A stretch of 47,844 nt of DNA, from contig CAUZTK010000001.1 in NCBI GenBank assembly GCA_963582395.1, forward strand, positions 1 through 47,844, given 5' to 3'. Positions 6,858 to 15,713 of this stretch are shown one piece after another. A program made the translations under genes and the position numbers. Under the pieces are notes generated by a model. The model did no database searches. It had not been told where the DNA came from and saw only the letters and a program-made list of their open reading frames with translations. Each line of letters begins with the position of its first letter. Position 1 is the first letter of the stretch. This DNA comes from Planctomycetota bacterium. Its GTDB lineage: Bacteria; Planctomycetota; Planctomycetia; Planctomycetales; Planctomycetaceae.

Positions 6858-8477
6858 ATGAGCAACGCAATCAGTTGGAGTCGGACGCGTCCACCGGTGG
6901 CCGGCTTGAATGGGGCGGTCGCCTCGGCACATCCGCTGGCCAGTCAGGCGGGACTCGACATTCTGCGAGCCGGCGGAAACGCGATCGACGCCGTTGTGGC
7001 CACGGCGGTGACTCTGGGAGTTGTCGAGCCGTACATGAGTGGCCTGGGCGGCGTGGGATTCTTGCTGATGCACCGGGCCGGCGGAGAAACGAAAACGCTG
7101 AACTTCAGCGGGAATACGCCAGCCGCCGCCACCCCCGAACAATTCACGCCCGAACAACAGGATTGCGGGCCGCGGGCCTGTCTGATTCCTGGTAACGTGG
7201 CCGGCTGGCTGGAAGCGCTCCGGGCGGAAGGGACGAAACCGATCGCCGAGATCTTTGCGGCGGCCATCCGCCACGCCGAGCAGGGATTTCCGCTGCATCC
7301 GTTCAATGTGAGAATGATCGAGGTAGCATTGCCACGGCTGAATCAGACCGGAAAGGAGATTTTTGGCGCTGTGACGCTCCGGCTGGGCGCGGTGCTCAAG
7401 CAACCCGACCTGGCGGTGACTTTGCGCAGCATCGTCGACGGAGGCAGCGACTTCTTTTACCGCGGGGAGCTGGCAACCCGCATCGGCGAACATATCCAGT
7501 CTCAGGAAGGGTTTCTCAGCAGCGACGACCTGGCCGGATACGCGCCCGACTGGGAAACACCGATCGGTGTCGATTACCGTGGACTGGACGTCAAAACTTG
7601 TCCGCCGAACAACGAAGGGTTTCAGATCCTGCAGACCTTGAAGCTGCTCGAAGATTTTGATCTCCCTGCGGCGGGGCACAACTCGGCCGAGTACATTCAA
7701 CTGCTCAGCGAAGCGATGAAGCTCGCCGTCGCCGATCGGATCGAATGGTGTGGTGATCCGAAGTTTCACCCCGTCCCGTTAGATCGGCTGCTGAGTGACT
7801 CGTATCTCGCCGAGCGCCGTAAGCTAATCGACAGGGACCGCGCTTCCCGAAGCGAAGGGGAACGGTGGCGGGGCCCGCGCGAATCCGACATGATCGCTCC
7901 CGGCCGAGTCGACGGCCTGACGACGCACATGGCGGCTATCGATGCCGACGGGAACGTCGCCAGCATCACCCAATCGTTGGGAAACGGTTTTGGTTCCGGG
8001 GTCGTGGTGCCGGGAACCGGAGTGACGCTGAACAACTTTGTCTGGTGGACGGAGATCGATCCGGCCTGTCGGACGCCGAACCTGTTACAGCCCGGCAAAC
8101 GCTGGTCGAGCTGTATGGCGCCGGTGCAGGTGTTTCGAGACGGCCAGTTTTGGTTTTCGATCGCCACACCCGGCAGCGAAGGGATTCTGCAAACAACGGT
8201 GCAAATGCTGTTGAACATTGTCGAGTTCGGGGCCGATCCGCAACTGGCCATCGAAGCGCCGCGGTTCCGCTTGCTCGAAGAAACCCGTATGGAAATTGAG
8301 AATCGGGTTGACCCCGCCGTCCGCGACGAGCTAACGGCCCACGGACACGCGTTGGAACTCGTCGGTGATTTCTCGAATCATGTCGGGGGCGGGCAGTCGG
8401 TGATGCTCGATTCCGACTCCGCTGCCCGGCTGGCCGGCGCCGATCCGCGCCGCGACGGTTACGCCTTGGCCTATTGA
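6858..8477 (+). CDS. ggt: gamma-glutamyltransferase
   Basis: AHPLASQAGLDILRAGGNAIDA. Autoprocessing/catalytic Thr context GLTTHMAAIDADGNVAS. Also GNGFGSGVVVPGTGVTLNN. The table start 6855 is TTG; ATG at 6858 follows AAAGAAAGG. Confidence 0.9.
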   Translation: MSNAISWSRTRPPVAGLNGAVASAHPLASQAGLDILRAGGNAIDAVVATAVTLGVVEPYMSGLGGVGFLLMHRAGGETKTLNFSGNTPAAATPEQFTPEQQDCGPRACLIPGNVAGWLEALRAEGTKPIAEIFAAAIRHAEQGFPLHPFNVRMIEVALPRLNQTGKEIFGAVTLRLGAVLKQPDLAVTLRSIVDGGSDFFYRGELATRIGEHIQSQEGFLSSDDLAGYAPDWETPIGVDYRGLDVKTCPPNNEGFQILQTLKLLEDFDLPAAGHNSAEYIQLLSEAMKLAVADRIEWCGDPKFHPVPLDRLLSDSYLAERRKLIDRDRASRSEGERWRGPRESDMIAPGRVDGLTTHMAAIDADGNVASITQSLGNGFGSGVVVPGTGVTLNNFVWWTEIDPACRTPNLLQPGKRWSSCMAPVQVFRDGQFWFSIATPGSEGILQTTVQMLLNIVEFGADPQLAIEAPRFRLLEETRMEIENRVDPAVRDELTAHGHALELVGDFSNHVGGGQSVMLDSDSAARLAGADPRRDGYALAY

Positions 8478-8513
8478 CTCGAACCGCAACACCTAGCTTC
8501 CGATGAAAGGAGC

Positions 8514-9302
8514 ATGTTGACGATGGCGAAACTACAGAATCATGTGGCATTGGTGACCGGGGCCGGTCGAGGAATCGGACGAGCAATTTCGCTCTCCTTC
8601 GGCCGCGAAGGAGCGAAAGTCGCCGTCACGGCCCGCACGACGGCCGAACTCGAGGACGTTGTCGCGGCGATCAACGATGCCGGCGGAGAAGCCGTTGCGC
8701 TGACGGTCGACCTGGCCGACCGCAGCGTCCCCGCTCGGTTGGTGACGCAGGTTCGGGAACGGTTTGGCCCGGTCGACATTCTGGTCAACAACGCCGGTTT
8801 GGGCAGCAGTGCGAACCCGAAACCGGTCGTCGATTTCGACGATGACTTCTGGGACCTCTCACTGCAAATCAACCTGACCGCTCCATACCTGTTGTGCAAA
8901 GCCGTGCTGCCCGACATGCTCAAAACCGGCTGGGGACGCATTCTCACCATCGCCTCGGTCAACAGTAAAATCGGCAGCTTGCACGGGGCGGCCTACGCGG
9001 CCAGCAAACACGGTGTGCTCGGCCTGACGCGGACACTGGCCACCGAAGTCGCCGCCAGCGGGATCACCGTCAACGCCATTTGCCCCGGACCGGTCAAGAC
9101 CCTCATGAACGACAAGCGGATCGAATACGACGCGAAACGTTTAGGCAGAAACCTCGAAGAGCACGAACGGTCGCTGACGCCCATCGGCGGCCGTCTGGTT
9201 CCCGACGATATCGCACCGCTGGCCCTCTACCTGGCCAGCGACGAGGCCCGGATGGTGACCGCACAAGCCTACAACGTCTGCGGCGGATTGATTCCGTTCT
9301 GA
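8514..9302 (+). CDS. SDR-family oxidoreductase (FabG / 3-hydroxybutyrate dehydrogenase-like)
   Basis: TGAGRGIG cofactor motif, YAASKHG catalytic YxxxK, NAICPGPVKT. GAAAGGAG Shine-Dalgarno before the ATG. Confidence 0.9.
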   Translation: MLTMAKLQNHVALVTGAGRGIGRAISLSFGREGAKVAVTARTTAELEDVVAAINDAGGEAVALTVDLADRSVPARLVTQVRERFGPVDILVNNAGLGSSANPKPVVDFDDDFWDLSLQINLTAPYLLCKAVLPDMLKTGWGRILTIASVNSKIGSLHGAAYAASKHGVLGLTRTLATEVAASGITVNAICPGPVKTLMNDKRIEYDAKRLGRNLEEHERSLTPIGGRLVPDDIAPLALYLASDEARMVTAQAYNVCGGLIPF

Positions 9303-9315
9303 CGTTGTCGGCCGG

Positions 9316-11073
9316 TCAATTATCCGAATCGTCGAAATTCTCTTTCGAGAAGTCCGCCAGGATTTTGCCGGCGAACCGGAGAATGCCCGGGTGCCCGAAC
9401 ATCAGTCCCTCGATCCGGTTCCCGACGCGATTGAGTTTCAGCGTCAACGTGTCGTCGCCCGGTAGAAAGGCGTCAATCGCCATTTGTCGCAGTTTGAGGA
9501 TTGCTTTGCTCTCATTGCGGCCGGCGTGACGTGCCTGCCTCAGCTTCAACCACGGTCCCGGCTTAATGAGCAGGTCGACAAACGGGTCGTCCGCTTGGCC
9601 GGTGTTTTGTTGGCCGACCCGCCCGATGGCCGCCTTCAACTCATCCAGTGCCGTCTCACCGGCGGCGTACCAAACTACTTCGCGGCTGCTGCCGATGTAA
9701 ACCGTGTTGCTGCCCAGAAAGCCGCTGAAGAAGGGATGGTCCTTCGTGGCCGCGACAAATTTGTGGATTTTGACGTCGCCCACTTCGTCGACGTTCAGCT
9801 CCACTTGTTGACCCCGGCTTTTTTTGGGAAACAGTTTGATGACCTCGATGATCGCGGTGCCGTCGACCTCCCGAATCCCTCCGACGAAGGTCTGCTTGCC
9901 ATTCTCGTTCGAGTGTCCTTCCACAAACCCGTCGATCACTCCGGAATTGATTCCCGCGTCGATCATGTCGAAAAACAAGTCGGCCGATTTCTTGCGGTTC
10001 GCTTGTTCTTCGTCGGTCGAATCGGTCTCGGCGGCAACCGTGTTCTTCGTCCGCGATCGCAGCAATTTGGACAAACGCAAAAAATTATTCTTCCGCATGG
10101 GGTCGAGGGGGTGGTTGATGCGCCCACTGAGAATGGCGTTTTTTGTCCGCTCGATGTTCGCGAAACGGCTCGGCTGCTGGGCGAGCAGTTTCAGGCTCGC
10201 CTCCAATTCAGAGCCGGGAAGAGGATCGAGCAGAACATCCAGTGTTACTCCCGTTTTTTTCATGTCGTTGAGGACCAGCCCTAGATTCGCATGTTTTGCG
10301 TCCACGTAAATCCGCGCGAGTTCGTCCAACTGAATTTCAGTCAGCAGTTTGCGCAGCGCAAAGTCGTCGTGGGTTTCCTGCTGGCCCTGTTTGACGAGTC
10401 CCAGTAACTCTTTGCGAGTGTTCTGTTGAAACGACTCGCGGCGGATCTTCATCGCCTCGGGCGAGTTTTTTGTGTTTAGGACATCGAGCGACAGGTCGTA
10501 CTTTTTCGCAAGCTCAGCCATCGGCGGACGCGGATCGGGCAGCGTCGGCGGAATTTCGGCCCGTCTCTTGCTAATGATTGCATACTGCTCCGTAATCGTT
10601 CCTTCCTCAGCGGTCCGCTCAAAGTTCCGAATCCGCATGAATCCGAGAACTTCGACTCCTGTGTCATTCTCCATTTCGAGCTTATACAACGTGGCGAACT
10701 GCTTTCGGCTATCGATGCCAAGATCGTCGAGGTTTCCGCGGCGGAACCGATTGAGGTTCTTAAGAGGGATGCTCGTTAAATAATGAATGGTTTTTTCGCC
10801 CAAGATGACGTCCAGCCGGAACAACCGCGTGCGGTCGATACCGATCAGGAACACGTCGAAGTATTCCTTCACGTTGGCAAGCTGCTTTTGCTCGATCTTG
10901 TCGGTCAGACCGAAGATGTAGTCGAGATCTTGATAAAGCGGAATCGCGCCGGGATGGACCAGCTTCACGCTTGGTGCCACTTGGGTTGGCGTCAACTCCT
11001 GGGCCGCGGCAGAGACGGCGGCGACCGCTGAGATGATAGCCGCTGCCGCCGCAAGTCGGACAAAACGAAACAC
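9316..11073 (-). CDS. secreted hypothetical protein (no recognisable domain)
   Basis: 585-aa ORF, GTG start at 11073 preceded by AAGGAG. Signal-peptide-like N-terminus MFRFVRLAAAAAIISAVAAVSAAAQE. Coding-like composition throughout. Confidence 0.65.
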   Translation of the reverse strand: MFRFVRLAAAAAIISAVAAVSAAAQELTPTQVAPSVKLVHPGAIPLYQDLDYIFGLTDKIEQKQLANVKEYFDVFLIGIDRTRLFRLDVILGEKTIHYLTSIPLKNLNRFRRGNLDDLGIDSRKQFATLYKLEMENDTGVEVLGFMRIRNFERTAEEGTITEQYAIISKRRAEIPPTLPDPRPPMAELAKKYDLSLDVLNTKNSPEAMKIRRESFQQNTRKELLGLVKQGQQETHDDFALRKLLTEIQLDELARIYVDAKHANLGLVLNDMKKTGVTLDVLLDPLPGSELEASLKLLAQQPSRFANIERTKNAILSGRINHPLDPMRKNNFLRLSKLLRSRTKNTVAAETDSTDEEQANRKKSADLFFDMIDAGINSGVIDGFVEGHSNENGKQTFVGGIREVDGTAIIEVIKLFPKKSRGQQVELNVDEVGDVKIHKFVAATKDHPFFSGFLGSNTVYIGSSREVVWYAAGETALDELKAAIGRVGQQNTGQADDPFVDLLIKPGPWLKLRQARHAGRNESKAILKLRQMAIDAFLPGDDTLTLKLNRVGNRIEGLMFGHPGILRFAGKILADFSKENFDDSDN

Positions 11074-11212
11074 GGTCGACTCCTTTGTGGTGAGGCAAAA
11101 GGTTTCGGTATTCTATAACGGTCGGGAAAATTAGTGAAGTTGAAGGCCGGCAACGGCGAGATACAGACCAGCTTCACCGGGGTGCGCACATCTTGGTCGA
11201 CATTGCGGCAAC

Positions 11213-11309
11213 AAATTATGCCAAGGGCATTTTACTCTGTCCGGTCCAAATCCGAAAATCATACCGAAGAACACATTTCGGCCGGACATTTCAAAATAGC
11301 CATACCATA
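11213..11309 (+). repeat. Dispersed ~95-nt intergenic repeat, copy B (family 1)
   Basis: Matches 6681-6775. Hairpin ATGCC-AAG-GGCAT (11218-11230) keeps the stem although the indels differ. Confidence 0.8.
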
Positions 11310-11386
11310 TCTCGAACGAAAGACTCACTTGGCGGGCATTGTTTCGTCGAGTCTCTGTTGCGCCTGTTGGCCTTCGCGAAACCTGG

Positions 11387-14032
11387 TTAGGGACGGGGTG
11401 AGTCGTTCAGGGTTGATTCTTCATTGACGACTTCTAGCGGCGGGGTTGAGCGCTCGGAATCTGTCGCGGCGATGGCCCCCACCAGTCCACGATAGAGCGC
11501 GACGATTTCGGTGGGCGGCAGCCTCGATTCTTGGGCTATGTCCCAGAGCTGCAAGAGGTGTCCGTTGCGGGTTGCCAATGCTGCCATCAACTGCCAGGCG
11601 TCTTCTCGCAGCATGACGTCTTCGTGATCGATTTCCCGGATGAAACTGAAGGCATCTTCGAGCTGTCCGCGGTTGACGAGCCGACAGGCAAGTCGCAGTC
11701 TCCACCGGTCCCGCGTGGCGCGGTTGACACGCGACAGGTTAAATTGTTCAAGCGCCTGTGCCGCCTTCCGGACATCGCCGTGTTCCACGTATCGACTTGC
11801 TTCTCTGATGAAATGCTGTTCGGCATTGGGTCGTTGTAGGCCAGCTGCGCTGAGTGCGTCCTCAATTTCGGCGACGGTGTTTTCAGCTCCCGCCGCTAAA
11901 TATCGATCTCTCAAAATCCAGGGGACCTTCGTGTGATAAAACGGTTCGCGAAGATGGACGTCTGGTTGATCAGCCCGAGTGCGAATTTCGTTCCAAACGT
12001 CGTCTTCCAAGTTCCATTCGACAGCCCGAATCAGGAGGGCCGTCTGGATGTCGAACCGCTTGAGTGATCGCTGCAGCATGAGATTGCACTTGCCACGATA
12101 ACTGTTTAAGGCCAGCCGGGCATCATCGTCACTGCTGAGCTGGAGCAATGCCGTGAGCCGATCGCGAATGGCCTGTTTTCCGAGGTCGTTGAGCTCGTCG
12201 CGGTGTTGACGGCTGGCGAGAGGACTGGGGGCCGCGGCTCGTAAGAACTTCATCGCCTGCTCCAGCGACGCCCAGGCATCACGCGGCCGTTTGAGCCGGG
12301 CCTCGACGCCAGCGATTTCCCCCGCCGCCAAGGCCGCCATCTTCAAGAGAGCCGTGTTGGGAAGTTGGAATTTTAGCAGTTGCTTCATCCCTGGCAGAAC
12401 AATTTCCTCGGGCAGCGAAACCGAAGCGAGTGCATCGCGAGCGCTGACCAGTGATTGTTCGGCCGGCTGATTCATGCCGGCCGAAAGTTGACGATCCGCC
12501 AGCCGCGCGTACAGCCTCGCCTGACCGGCTGGCGGAAGCTTTTGTGCGGCGGTGGAAATCTGGGCGTGGTCAAGCGGGCGCTGAGTGACAACGGCTTGCC
12601 GGGCCAACTGATCGGCCCAAACCACAACCGAGTCGATCCGTGTTTCCTTGTCCGGCTGGTTTTCAGCCCAGCGCAGCGCCGCCTCCCACTGACCGCGAGC
12701 GGCCAGACCGAGAGTCACCGCAACGATTTGAGGTTCCTTCCAGGGATACAGCGGCCCGCTGCCGTCGGCGGAGTCCAGATCGTGGGTTCCCAAACTGCGG
12801 ACTGCAAACAGGTCTGCCGAGAGTTGGCCGAGCTGAGAGTTTTCGTGATGCTTTTCGATCAACTCGCGGGCCTCGTCGTCTTGGCCGACGGCCACCAGAA
12901 TGGTTGCCAGTGCCGTGACGATGTCCAGCCGGGAACGACCCCGCAACGGAAGTTTCACGGCATGCTCTTGTGCAGACTTGATCGTCTGGAGGGCGGCGTC
13001 CGTTTTACCTTCTTGCAGCTCTTTCCAGACGACATCCACAATGGGCGTTACAGAGTAGTAGGGAATCGGCCGTCTTGTCTGCGAGAGTTGTTGCAATTGC
13101 CGGCGAGCGGCTTCGAGCTCACCGCTGACGGCAAACGCCTCCGCGGTTAGCCTGCGACAGAACGGCTTGCTGCGGTTTCTTTCGCGGGTGATCGACGCTT
13201 CTATCATCGCGCTCAAAGCCTGTTCGCGAATTTCGGCCGGAGTGGGTGGTCGCTGATCATCTTCGAGAACGTTCTTTTTCGCGGGTTCGTCGCCATTGTC
13301 AGGCGGCGGGGCAACCCTGAGGTGATTAAGGCTTGGTCCGGAGGCAATCTGCCTACCGGGCGGCGTCGATTCATCACCGCTGAAGACGAAATACCACAAT
13401 GCTCCGCCAACGAAAATCACCAGCACACCGGCCGCGATGACCGCTGCCGACGGTCCCCGCGATCCGGGTTCCTCAACCGGCTCTTCCTTTGTTTCAATCT
13501 GGGGGGCCGTAAAGAGTGGAACCAGGCATTCCGAACTAGCGCAGCGAACTTCTCGGCCAGCCGCCTTGCTGGACGTATATCCGGCGGTCTCGCACATCGG
13601 GCAGACAACTTCGTAAGAGCGGCCTTTTGCGCGATTCGGTCGGAGTTGGATAGCTGTCTCCGCCGCAGCGGTGTCGACTGCGAAGGGATCGTCATCCTCC
13701 GCGTTCAGGGACGCTTTGTCCCGGCTTTTTGCCATCGCAGAGGATTCAACCGGTTTTGTGCGTTGGTCCGATTTGACCGTCCGCTTCGGTTTGTTCCGAT
13801 TGGCCGTCGCCGGGGATGAACTCTTGCCCGTTTGGAAAGGCTTGCCGGTCATCGAAGCGCCGCAGAAGGGGCAATCTTCGACGTCATCGTCCAGGACCGA
13901 CTGACCGCAAGCGGGACACGTGGGAAGATCCATGAAACTGCTATCCGTTAAACTGTGGTTGAAACAACCCGATCGACAAAGCTTCCGGCCAACGTCCATG
14001 CACGGCTCTGCTGAAACATTCGTGTCTGCCAA
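11387..14032 (-). CDS. membrane protein with two N-terminal zinc-ribbons, one TM helix and a long helical-repeat (TPR-like) C-terminal region
   Basis: CPACGQSVLDDDVEDCPFCG and CPMCET...RCASSEC zinc ribbons. TM segment AAVIAAGVLVIFVGGALWYFVF, then ~650 aa of Leu/Ala-rich helical sequence. Start is uncertain: TTG 14032, ATG 13999 or ATG 13933. Confidence 0.65.
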   Translation of the reverse strand: MADTNVSAEPCMDVGRKLCRSGCFNHSLTDSSFMDLPTCPACGQSVLDDDVEDCPFCGASMTGKPFQTGKSSSPATANRNKPKRTVKSDQRTKPVESSAMAKSRDKASLNAEDDDPFAVDTAAAETAIQLRPNRAKGRSYEVVCPMCETAGYTSSKAAGREVRCASSECLVPLFTAPQIETKEEPVEEPGSRGPSAAVIAAGVLVIFVGGALWYFVFSGDESTPPGRQIASGPSLNHLRVAPPPDNGDEPAKKNVLEDDQRPPTPAEIREQALSAMIEASITRERNRSKPFCRRLTAEAFAVSGELEAARRQLQQLSQTRRPIPYYSVTPIVDVVWKELQEGKTDAALQTIKSAQEHAVKLPLRGRSRLDIVTALATILVAVGQDDEARELIEKHHENSQLGQLSADLFAVRSLGTHDLDSADGSGPLYPWKEPQIVAVTLGLAARGQWEAALRWAENQPDKETRIDSVVVWADQLARQAVVTQRPLDHAQISTAAQKLPPAGQARLYARLADRQLSAGMNQPAEQSLVSARDALASVSLPEEIVLPGMKQLLKFQLPNTALLKMAALAAGEIAGVEARLKRPRDAWASLEQAMKFLRAAAPSPLASRQHRDELNDLGKQAIRDRLTALLQLSSDDDARLALNSYRGKCNLMLQRSLKRFDIQTALLIRAVEWNLEDDVWNEIRTRADQPDVHLREPFYHTKVPWILRDRYLAAGAENTVAEIEDALSAAGLQRPNAEQHFIREASRYVEHGDVRKAAQALEQFNLSRVNRATRDRWRLRLACRLVNRGQLEDAFSFIREIDHEDVMLREDAWQLMAALATRNGHLLQLWDIAQESRLPPTEIVALYRGLVGAIAATDSERSTPPLEVVNEESTLNDSPRP

Positions 14033-14437
14033 CTGTTCCGGTACGCTTCAGGATAGCATCTCCACCGTAAGGGTGACCAGAGAATTTGAGCGCGGTGCCG
14101 GCCCGGGCGGCCTCTGGATCATCTTCCTCGGAGAAACCTGTACACCTTGGCGTCTTTGCGTCGAAATAATTCTATTCACAGTTGCACTTTAAGTAACGAT
14201 CTTGTGGGCTATTTCACAGACATGAGTCCAGCTGATCGTCATGATTGATCGTCACGTTGACCGTAAAGAGCGGTCCGCACTAAAATGCGGCGGTTTTTTC
14301 AGGCACGGGCTGCTGCAATTCAAGCGGTTCCAGTTTTCCTCGGCTTTGGGCAGATGGTTGTTGTCGGCCGCCGAACAGGCACCTGTGTGAGATCCGCGTT
14401 CAAGGAGCGATCCGACCCGAGTGAGGAGACGAGGCGA

Positions 14438-15625
14438 GTGGCGAACATTGTTTCGAAATCACATTCCAGCAAGAGTTTGAATGTGGAACGCGCGGTCCGC
14501 AACCGTTACAGCCAGGCTGCACAAGAAACGGAACCCGATCTGTGCTGTCCGGTCGAATACGACGGAAAGTATCTGGAGGTGATCCCCGCCGAGATCATCC
14601 AGCGCGACTACGGTTGTGGTGATCCGTCGAAATACTTGAAGCCGGGTGAGGTCGTCCTTGACCTCGGATCGGGCGGCGGAAAGATCTGCTACATTGCCGC
14701 CCAAATTATCGGTCCGGCGGGCAAGGTGTACGGAGTCGACTGCAACGACGAAATGTTGTCGCTGGCTCAAAAGTATCGCAAACTCATTTCCGAACGATTG
14801 GGATATGAAAACGTCGAGTTTCGGCGGGGCCGCATTCAGGACTTGCAGCTCGACCTGACGCTTCTGGACAACTACCTGGCCGAGAACCCGGTGGAAACGT
14901 CGGCAGACTGGCTGCGGTTGGAAGAGCACACCCGACAGTTGAGGGAAACCTCACCGCTGATCCCGGACGATTCGATCGACGTCATTGTCTCGAACTGCGT
15001 GTTGAATCTCGTGCGGACCGAGGACCGCAGTCAGATCTTTGAAGAGATGTTTCGCGTTCTGCGGCGTGGCGGGCGGGTGGTTGTCAGCGACATTGTTTCC
15101 GACGAAGACGTCCCCTCCCATTTGCAGCACGATGCCCGTTTTCGGAGCGGCTGCATCAGCGGCGCCTTTCGCGAAGACCGATTGCTGGAGGCCTTTGAAG
15201 AGGCGGGATTTTACGGCATCGAGATGGTTGCCCGGCAAGCCGAGCCTTGGGCGGTCGTCGAAGGCATCGAATTTCACAGCGCAACAGTGCGGGCGTTCAA
15301 AGGAAAACAGGGACCGTATCTGGAGCGCAAGCAGGCCGTAATTTACAACGGGCCGTGGAAGGCGGTGATCGACGACGACGGCCACAAGCTGCTGCGCGGG
15401 AAGCGGATGGCGGTCTGCGACAAGACCTTTTCGATTTACACCCGGGAACCGTATGCCGATCAAATCACTCCCATACCGCCGACCGAATCGATTCCGCTCG
15501 ACCAGGCGCCACCGTTCGACTGCCATGGAATCGCAGTCCGCTCCCCACGGGAAACGAAGGGAGATGCCCACGCTTTGGCCATATTGCCCCAGAGCAACTG
15601 TTGTGGCCCGCAGGGCTGCTGTTGA
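14438..15625 (+). CDS. ArsM/AS3MT-like SAM-dependent methyltransferase
   Basis: DLCCPVEYDGKYLEVIPAEIIQRDYGCGDP, SAM motif VLDLGSGGGKICY, Cys-rich tail NCCGPQGCC. GTG 14438 is preceded by GAGGAGACGAGG. The longest ORF starts at ATG 14285 but adds an implausible leader. Confidence 0.75.
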   Translation: MANIVSKSHSSKSLNVERAVRNRYSQAAQETEPDLCCPVEYDGKYLEVIPAEIIQRDYGCGDPSKYLKPGEVVLDLGSGGGKICYIAAQIIGPAGKVYGVDCNDEMLSLAQKYRKLISERLGYENVEFRRGRIQDLQLDLTLLDNYLAENPVETSADWLRLEEHTRQLRETSPLIPDDSIDVIVSNCVLNLVRTEDRSQIFEEMFRVLRRGGRVVVSDIVSDEDVPSHLQHDARFRSGCISGAFREDRLLEAFEEAGFYGIEMVARQAEPWAVVEGIEFHSATVRAFKGKQGPYLERKQAVIYNGPWKAVIDDDGHKLLRGKRMAVCDKTFSIYTREPYADQITPIPPTESIPLDQAPPFDCHGIAVRSPRETKGDAHALAILPQSNCCGPQGCC

Positions 15626-15633
15626 ACGGTATT

Positions 15634-15665
15634 GGGCCTGTGTGGTCTGCTATGCCGCAAGCGGC
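15634..15665 (+). repeat. Dispersed repeat family 2, copy 1 (GGGCCTGTGTGGNCNNCTATGCCGCAAGCGGC)
   Basis: Same core at 37344-37375 (+) and 47679-47705 (-). Contains the inverted repeat GCCGC-AA-GCGGC. Confidence 0.8.
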
Positions 15666-15713
15666 GACATGAGGATCACCACCGGTTGGTCACCGTGCTC
15701 TATCGGTTGACGG

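Noticed and set aside
6620-6865. Small ORFs running through the dispersed repeats (MPWAYCFGSGQ..., MPRAFYSVRSKSENH..., W-x-x-MPQAA peptides).
   Set aside because: Copies of the repeats differ by indels that are not multiples of three and occur in both orientations relative to genes, so the similarity is at nucleotide level, not protein level.
6825-7769. Large shadow ORFs opposite or out of frame with clear genes. Examples: 6825-7769 versus ggt, 21651-22691 versus CocE, 23854-24849 versus the hydro-lyase, 44881-45816 versus the J-like gene, 17176-18126 within the SSS gene, 97-1182 versus res.
   Set aside because: They have Arg/Pro/Gly-rich low-complexity translations typical of off-frame reading in GC-rich DNA. 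Each overlaps a gene with strong family motifs.
14285-14437. ATG 14285 as the start of the ArsM-like gene; similarly the long table starts 16721 (SSS), 18606, 21837, 29778, 31153, 34456, 37350 and 38455.
   Set aside because: The extra N-terminal residues are Arg/Cys-rich or run through intergenic repeats or preceding genes. In each case an internal start with a better context coincides with the beginning of family similarity.
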